From Candidatus Micrarchaeia archaeon (lineage in GTDB: Archaea; Micrarchaeota; Micrarchaeia; CAILAH01), in NCBI GenBank assembly GCA_038874595.1, contig JAVZCB010000003.1:1-64000 (forward strand): a stretch of DNA of 64,000 nt, in the 5' to 3' direction. Both the position numbers and the translations under genes were made by a program. Of this stretch, positions 58,646-64,000 are shown one piece after another. How positions within the stretch are numbered: the first letter of the stretch is position 1; each line of letters starts with the position of its first letter. Under the pieces are notes generated by a model. It did no database searches. It was not told the origin of the DNA and saw only the letters and a program-made list of their open reading frames with translations.

Positions 58646-59497
58646 TCATATCATCTCTTTTAATCCCTCTTCTAATCGAATTATTTTAACACCGATTTTT
58701 CTTAACTTTTCCGGATTTCCGACAGATTTGTATATGTCACCCTCTCTTTTTTCTCTATAAACTATTTTTGAATTACTTTTTGTTAGCTTTATAATTACTT
58801 TTGCAAGAGTGTTTATGGATGTTTCCCTACCGGTACACACATTGTAAATTTCACTCTTACTTAATTTTTCAATGGCAATCCTGTTTGCCTCAATTATTTG
58901 TCTCACATTTACAAAATCTCTAGTTTGAGTTCCATCCCCAAATATAGGTATATCGCAATTATTTTTTGCATAATCTAAAAATTTAGATATCACACCGGAG
59001 TAAGGGTTTTTTGGGTTTTGATATTTTCCATACACATTAAAATACCTAAGTATAATAGTTGTTATTCCATAAAGCTTAGAATATTCTAGCGCATTTATCT
59101 CATTTATCACTTTTGAGGTACCGTAAGGATTTGATGGATTTAGTTTATCAGATTCCTTAGCTTTCTTCTGTGTATTACCATAAACTGCTGCTGATGATGC
59201 TATAATTACTTTTGGAATATCTTTTTTTCTGGCAATTTCAAGCACATTGAGCGTTCCAACAATGTTAGTGTTCAGTGTATCAAGTGGATTAATAACAGAT
59301 TCTTCTGCAGATATTTTTGCGGCGTGATGCAGAATTGCAGAACAAGTTTTATCAATTTTTGAGTCTAATCTTTTAATATTCAAAATATCTATTCCATTCT
59401 TTTTATCAATTTTAATAAGGTCGTACTTTTGCTCAAGGTAATTACACAAATTATGACCGATAAAACCTTCTGAACCAGTTATTGCAATTTTTAGCAT
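58646..59497 (-). CDS. NAD-dependent epimerase/dehydratase (GalE-like)
   Basis: TGSEGFIG, SSAAVYG, YGTSK, RYFNVYG, GDGTQTRDF. Confidence 0.93.
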   Translation of the reverse strand: MLKIAITGSEGFIGHNLCNYLEQKYDLIKIDKKNGIDILNIKRLDSKIDKTCSAILHHAAKISAEESVINPLDTLNTNIVGTLNVLEIARKKDIPKVIIASSAAVYGNTQKKAKESDKLNPSNPYGTSKVINEINALEYSKLYGITTIILRYFNVYGKYQNPKNPYSGVISKFLDYAKNNCDIPIFGDGTQTRDFVNVRQIIEANRIAIEKLSKSEIYNVCTGRETSINTLAKVIIKLTKSNSKIVYREKREGDIYKSVGNPEKLRKIGVKIIRLEEGLKEMI

Positions 59498-59519
59498 ATT
59501 ATCCTTTGAGATATTATTT

Positions 59520-60404
59520 TTATAAATCTCTGCTTATCTCTCTTATACCAAAAATCCATTGCAAATAGCCTAATATAACACAGTAAGTAACAATAATTTC
59601 TAATAATCCTAAACCCAACGGAATATCCATACCGTCTTTTATATATCTTATACCGGTGAGCAATCCTTTTAAAAATGGAATAATCCATAAAACAGGAATG
59701 ATAGATATTACTGAAATAATGCTAGCAAGCAAAAGTTTGAAATCCTTGGTTTTTATTATATAATAAGGGATAGTTCTACCGTACCATACATATCTTCTGC
59801 AAAATTTATAAAAATTCATGTCTCCAATGGCGCGTGATACTCCAATATTCTTTGTTAATGAAATATATTTTTTATTATGATATAATTCCTTAGAAAATAG
59901 TTTATCCTCACCATACCCTAAAGATTCATCATATCTAGGGCAAATATTTTTTTTAATTATATGAAAACTAAACGGCTCATCTCTATAATAAATCAATTTT
60001 CTTAGATAAGAGAAATTTACCAACTTCTTAATAGGTCTATAAGATATACCTATGCCTATAAAATCCACTTTTGGGTTTGCCTTGATTATTTCATAAATTT
60101 TGTGCAATACACTTCTATCTAATAACCTCCAATCGGCGTCCATAAATATAACGTACTGACTTTTTGCTTTCTCTAAACCATAGTTTCTTGCAGCAGCAGG
60201 ACCTTTCTTTTTGCAATTATAAATTTTAATTTCAGGAAATGTCTTTTGGTTTTCTCTAAGATAGTTTATGCTATTGTCTTTTGATCCGCCATCTACAAAA
60301 ATCAATTCGTCTGCTTTTTTAGTTTGTGATTTATAATTTTCTAAGAAACAAGCTAGGTTTTTTTCTTCATTTAAAATAGGTATGATTATACTTAGAGTAA
60401 CCAT
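59520..60404 (-). CDS. Glycosyltransferase family 2 with C-terminal TM helices
   Basis: SIIIP.LNE, VDGGSKD, AARN.G, MDAD, GED. Confidence 0.92.
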   Translation of the reverse strand: MVTLSIIIPILNEEKNLACFLENYKSQTKKADELIFVDGGSKDNSINYLRENQKTFPEIKIYNCKKKGPAAARNYGLEKAKSQYVIFMDADWRLLDRSVLHKIYEIIKANPKVDFIGIGISYRPIKKLVNFSYLRKLIYYRDEPFSFHIIKKNICPRYDESLGYGEDKLFSKELYHNKKYISLTKNIGVSRAIGDMNFYKFCRRYVWYGRTIPYYIIKTKDFKLLLASIISVISIIPVLWIIPFLKGLLTGIRYIKDGMDIPLGLGLLEIIVTYCVILGYLQWIFGIREISRDL

Positions 60405-60481
60405 AATATCTCCTTTTATTTTTATAGATGTTGTATGCTAATTTTTATAAGCTAAATATATAGAATTATAATTGTGTAAAA

Positions 60482-61396
60482 ATGATCTGTGGGATATATA
60501 CAGGCAAACACCCGGTACATGAGGTCTTATTTGAAAGTGTTTGTGATAAGACAATTCAGTTTAGGAGGGAATTTCTTCCTTTATGGGTGTTAAAACAAAT
60601 TATGTACTGTCCAAAAGCAGACAAGTATATCACGGAAAACAACTTTTATGCACCTATTGCGAGAAAAATAAGGGATAGACATGTTTCAATAATAAATCTT
60701 CTTTCAAGTCCATATATTTTGAAGTATTCCGCTTTTTTCAAACCTTTTGTAAATTATATAGATAAACAGATTTGTTTGGGAAATTTATCAAAGGACTTGT
60801 TTTTAGCGATTTATCCAAACTATAAGAATGATGTTAATGTTATTTACCCATTTGTACTCGAGGAAGACTTAAAGTTAATAAAGGAAACAAAAAAGGAAAC
60901 AAAACAACATACATCATCAAAGAAATCTAATGTTTTCATAATAACCACAATTGCAAACGGTGATTATAAAATCAAAGGATTGGATTTGTTGGAGCAAGCA
61001 ATCTCTACACTCAAAATTCCTCTAGAAGTTAAGATAGTAGGGAATACAAATTTTATTCCGAAAGATTCACGCATTAAGTTGTTAGGTAAACTCGATAAAC
61101 GAACTTTGTATGGAATAGTTGCAAATTCTACTTTATATGTTCAATCTTCTAGATTGGATATATTCCCCGTATCTGTATTAGAAGCATTACATTTGGGAGT
61201 ACCTGTGTTGGTTTCTAATATGGTTGGATGTAAGGAATATTTATATGAAGAGAGCGTATTTCGCACTGAAGATGTTTTTGATTTACGTGAAAAATTACTG
61301 GCAAACTTAAGTTGCAGTACTTGTCATGTAAAGAAAAAGTTACCCTCCCAAAAAGTAGAGCTTATGAAGTTTTATGAGATGATAAATCATGCTTGA
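60482..61396 (+). CDS. Glycosyltransferase family 4 (GT-B)
   Basis: KG.D.L and S..D.FPVSVLEA..GVPV..S..G. Confidence 0.88.
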   Translation: MICGIYTGKHPVHEVLFESVCDKTIQFRREFLPLWVLKQIMYCPKADKYITENNFYAPIARKIRDRHVSIINLLSSPYILKYSAFFKPFVNYIDKQICLGNLSKDLFLAIYPNYKNDVNVIYPFVLEEDLKLIKETKKETKQHTSSKKSNVFIITTIANGDYKIKGLDLLEQAISTLKIPLEVKIVGNTNFIPKDSRIKLLGKLDKRTLYGIVANSTLYVQSSRLDIFPVSVLEALHLGVPVLVSNMVGCKEYLYEESVFRTEDVFDLREKLLANLSCSTCHVKKKLPSQKVELMKFYEMINHA

Positions 61397-62276
61397 AAGA
61401 TTTTGGTCTTTCATAGAAGATCACAGAAATCCTTTGTATATTTATAGATTGATGGATGATATCAGTCTAGTGAAACAACTAAATGAGTACGAACTTAAAA
61501 ACAGTAGGTTTGACCTCATAATTAGCGTTGACGTTGAGCAAGATTTTGGATCTGCATCTAATAAACCAAAAAATAATTATACAAAGAAATTCTTCAAAGA
61601 GGTGTTTCCTTTATTACAGTTTAATCAAGAATTGTTTATTCAAGCAAACATTCTTCCCGAAATTAGTTCTGATCTACCGAAAAAGATAGGTCTACATGGG
61701 TATACACATGATAATTGGAAGCTTGAATGGTTTTCAAGGGGTCATCAACTTTCTAGATTAGAAAAAGTTGATGCTATTACAAAATCTGTTGATTTGTTTT
61801 TAGAATATGGATTTGATAGACCTATCTCTTTTAGAGCGCCAAACCTCGCAATATATAATTCTGATTATGAAATTTTGGCAGATTTCGGTTTTAAATTTGA
61901 TTCTTCTTTTCCTTCTTTTAGAAAACCTGGCATTAGAATGGAAAAAAACTTTGGGGTTAAAATTATTCCAGTTTCATCAACTCCTTATTGTTATTTTAGT
62001 ATTCCTAGCAGGAAGCATATAATAGTTAATTTAGGATTTCTTAGTAAACTTGGTATAGATGAGTTTACTACGCATTGTACAAACATATTAAAATATCAGG
62101 AGATTATTGGTGAAAAGAAATATCTTTTGTTTTTTTATCATCCATGGGAGTTTTTTAAAAATAAAACATTTAGTTATTGTTCGAAAGAAAACGTTTCACG
62201 TTTACTAAATTTTATAGATTCCCTTAAGGATCAGTTAAATGTTAGGATATCTACTTTTCAGCAGTCTTTTGATTAA
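61389..62276 (+). CDS. Polysaccharide deacetylase family protein
   Basis: SVDVE, GLHGYTH, FRAP, DSS, YHPWE. Confidence 0.88.
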   Translation: MLERFWSFIEDHRNPLYIYRLMDDISLVKQLNEYELKNSRFDLIISVDVEQDFGSASNKPKNNYTKKFFKEVFPLLQFNQELFIQANILPEISSDLPKKIGLHGYTHDNWKLEWFSRGHQLSRLEKVDAITKSVDLFLEYGFDRPISFRAPNLAIYNSDYEILADFGFKFDSSFPSFRKPGIRMEKNFGVKIIPVSSTPYCYFSIPSRKHIIVNLGFLSKLGIDEFTTHCTNILKYQEIIGEKKYLLFFYHPWEFFKNKTFSYCSKENVSRLLNFIDSLKDQLNVRISTFQQSFD

Positions 62277-63371
62277 CCTAACTATGTTTCCGTTTTCAGG
62301 TACAGCAATCTCTTTTAGTCTATTTGGATTAAAATTAGTTGTTGGTTTATATTTTCTTATTAAATTTATTAGTTCTTTTTCATTCGAAAATGTTTTACAA
62401 AATTTTGCATAATCTTCAAGGATATCAAAAATGTACGTCTTTTTAGGTGCATATATAAAAACTTCTTTCCCAGCAAACATCGCTTCTAATATTACGTTTG
62501 ATCCTTCGCTGATTATAATATCATTTTCAGCCAACTGTTTTTGTAAATCAGAAGAGTTATCTATGATTATATTATTATTTTTAAAATTTTTATACAATGC
62601 TAAATCCTCTTCAGGATGTGGTCGTATAGTTATGTATACATCACACTGATTTGCAGTTTTGACTATGATATTAATAAATTCAAGCAATTGTTCCTTTTTC
62701 CAGTATCCAGCACCATACAAATTTGTAGTTGCTACAAGAATATGTATTCTTTCATTTAGCCTCCTAAGCGGTTTTTTAATAAAATTAAGTATAGGCCCTC
62801 CAGTTACATAGATATTTTCTTGGGGTATTCCTTTTGATACAAGGATATCCTTTGATTTTTTTCCCCACACGGCAATCTTATCCACGTTTCTGAAAAATTC
62901 CGGTTCTTCCTCTTTCTTTATTAAGTTTATTAATTTATACGCTGCTCGATCAAAAATATACCTTATTGAATACCTTCTAAATCCATCAATAATTTTTTTA
63001 AGCGTTATTTTTGCGCGATATTTTGCAGTTGATAAATTTAGGACCGGGCCTTCTGCTACCATAAGTGTAAGTATATTTTTTTCCTTTGCAATTCTCACAA
63101 ATCTGCTTTGAATTGGATCAGTGTCATTAAATACTATAACTAGCCTACAATTGTATTTAGACAATATGTCGTTTTCTTGACCAAGTTTATATTCTATGAG
63201 ATCCTCTTTTTTAATTTCTTTTTTTAGTAAAGAATTTCTTATCTCTTGAGACAACATTATGTCTTTTTCCTTACTTATATCTACAATTTTATAGGTAATT
63301 TTTTTGCCATTGATAATTTTTTTCGTGAGTTTTAAATTATATGAATTACCGGGAACAAACAAAACGCTCAT
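62235..63371 (-). CDS. GT-B fold surface-carbohydrate biosynthesis protein (glycerophosphotransferase/sialyltransferase-like)
   Basis: DKIAVWG, IYVTG.P, IRPHPEE, S.VILEAM..GK. Confidence 0.7.
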   Translation of the reverse strand: MSVLFVPGNSYNLKLTKKIINGKKITYKIVDISKEKDIMLSQEIRNSLLKKEIKKEDLIEYKLGQENDILSKYNCRLVIVFNDTDPIQSRFVRIAKEKNILTLMVAEGPVLNLSTAKYRAKITLKKIIDGFRRYSIRYIFDRAAYKLINLIKKEEEPEFFRNVDKIAVWGKKSKDILVSKGIPQENIYVTGGPILNFIKKPLRRLNERIHILVATTNLYGAGYWKKEQLLEFINIIVKTANQCDVYITIRPHPEEDLALYKNFKNNNIIIDNSSDLQKQLAENDIIISEGSNVILEAMFAGKEVFIYAPKKTYIFDILEDYAKFCKTFSNEKELINLIRKYKPTTNFNPNRLKEIAVPENGNIVRLIKRLLKSRYPNI

Positions 63372-63380
63372 TTTAAAACC

Positions 63381-64000
63381 TCATTTTTTCATATAAATAA
63401 CCAAAGGATCACCTAATTTTGTCTCTAGAAATATATGATTACCGAATATCTTATAAGTAAGTGGAACTCTTAATATTGGTTTTATAGAGAAAGAAGAAAA
63501 ATGAAATTCGCTAATGAGTCGTGTCCACCTTTCAATAGGCATTCTGTTTTTGTTTAATCTCAGTATTTTTACAATGAGATTGGGTCTTGACCCGTTGGGT
63601 GTGGTTATAAGTGCTATTCCATTAGAGTTTAAATGTGTATAAATTGCAGAAATGATCTTTCTATAATTTTTTTTATCTATAAGCCCAAAAGTGCCAAAAG
63701 AATAAATAACATCAAATTTTGTTTTAAATGGAATCCCCTTTGTTATATCCCATTTTTTTATAATGGCTTTTTTGTTTAAGTTTTTTTGTGATTCCTTCAC
63801 AGCTATGCTCGACTTATCTATGCCATATAATTTACATCCCTTAAATAGAGATAATGTGTATCCAAAACCGCAACCGATATCAAGTATGTGCTTTTTTCTT
63901 AAGTTTAATAACCCATACTTATCTAGGAGTGATTTATGATATGTAATTGTGTATATTTTTTTCCTCTCATATTCTTTGATTGCTTCTTTCGTAAAGTAAT
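63381..64000 (-). CDS. Class I SAM-dependent methyltransferase (5' truncated by the window)
   Basis: Frame is open to the window end and includes ILDIGCGFG, YGID.S, FDVI, LITTPN. Confidence 0.88.
   Translation of the reverse strand, partial: YFTKEAIKEYERKKIYTITYHKSLLDKYGLLNLRKKHILDIGCGFGYTLSLFKGCKLYGIDKSSIAVKESQKNLNKKAIIKKWDITKGIPFKTKFDVIYSFGTFGLIDKKNYRKIISAIYTHLNSNGIALITTPNGSRPNLIVKILRLNKNRMPIERWTRLISEFHFSSFSIKPILRVPLTYKIFGNHIFLETKLGDPLVIYMKK

Overview
Archaeal chromosomal segment, most consistent with a DPANN archaeon of the Micrarchaeota type. This is inferred from the tRNAs with non-canonical T-loop introns, the tandem array of paralogous polytopic membrane proteins and the many leaderless TATA-driven genes. 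Housekeeping content: Pcc1, prefoldin beta, DHH protein, PRPP synthase, upper mevalonate cluster (regulator, HMG-CoA synthase, thiolase, DUF35), 2-oxoacid:ferredoxin oxidoreductase, type IV pilus ATPase with two TadC/FlaJ-like proteins, RNase Z, an A/V-type ATP synthase operon lacking subunit D, LeuRS, two tandem ftsZ genes, the S13-S4-S11-rpoD-L18e-L13-S9-rpoN-S2 cluster, L10e, five tRNAs and a box C/D sRNA. An AT-rich glycosylation island occupies the right end. Main points of interest: (1) an operon of six CedA/VirB6-like membrane paralogs with variable extracellular inserts, divergent from leuS and upstream of the ftsZ pair; (2) tRNA-Tyr and tRNA-Ser each split by two introns made of strings of hairpins, with tRNA-Ser embedded in three tandem-repeat families, one of which copies its 3' exon; (3) a HIT/PIN/RNA ligase/membrane HD-GYP cluster; (4) candidate structured leaders for the ATP synthase and S13 operons; (5) recurrent short duplications of gene 3' ends. 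All family assignments come from motif recognition by eye; no database search was run.
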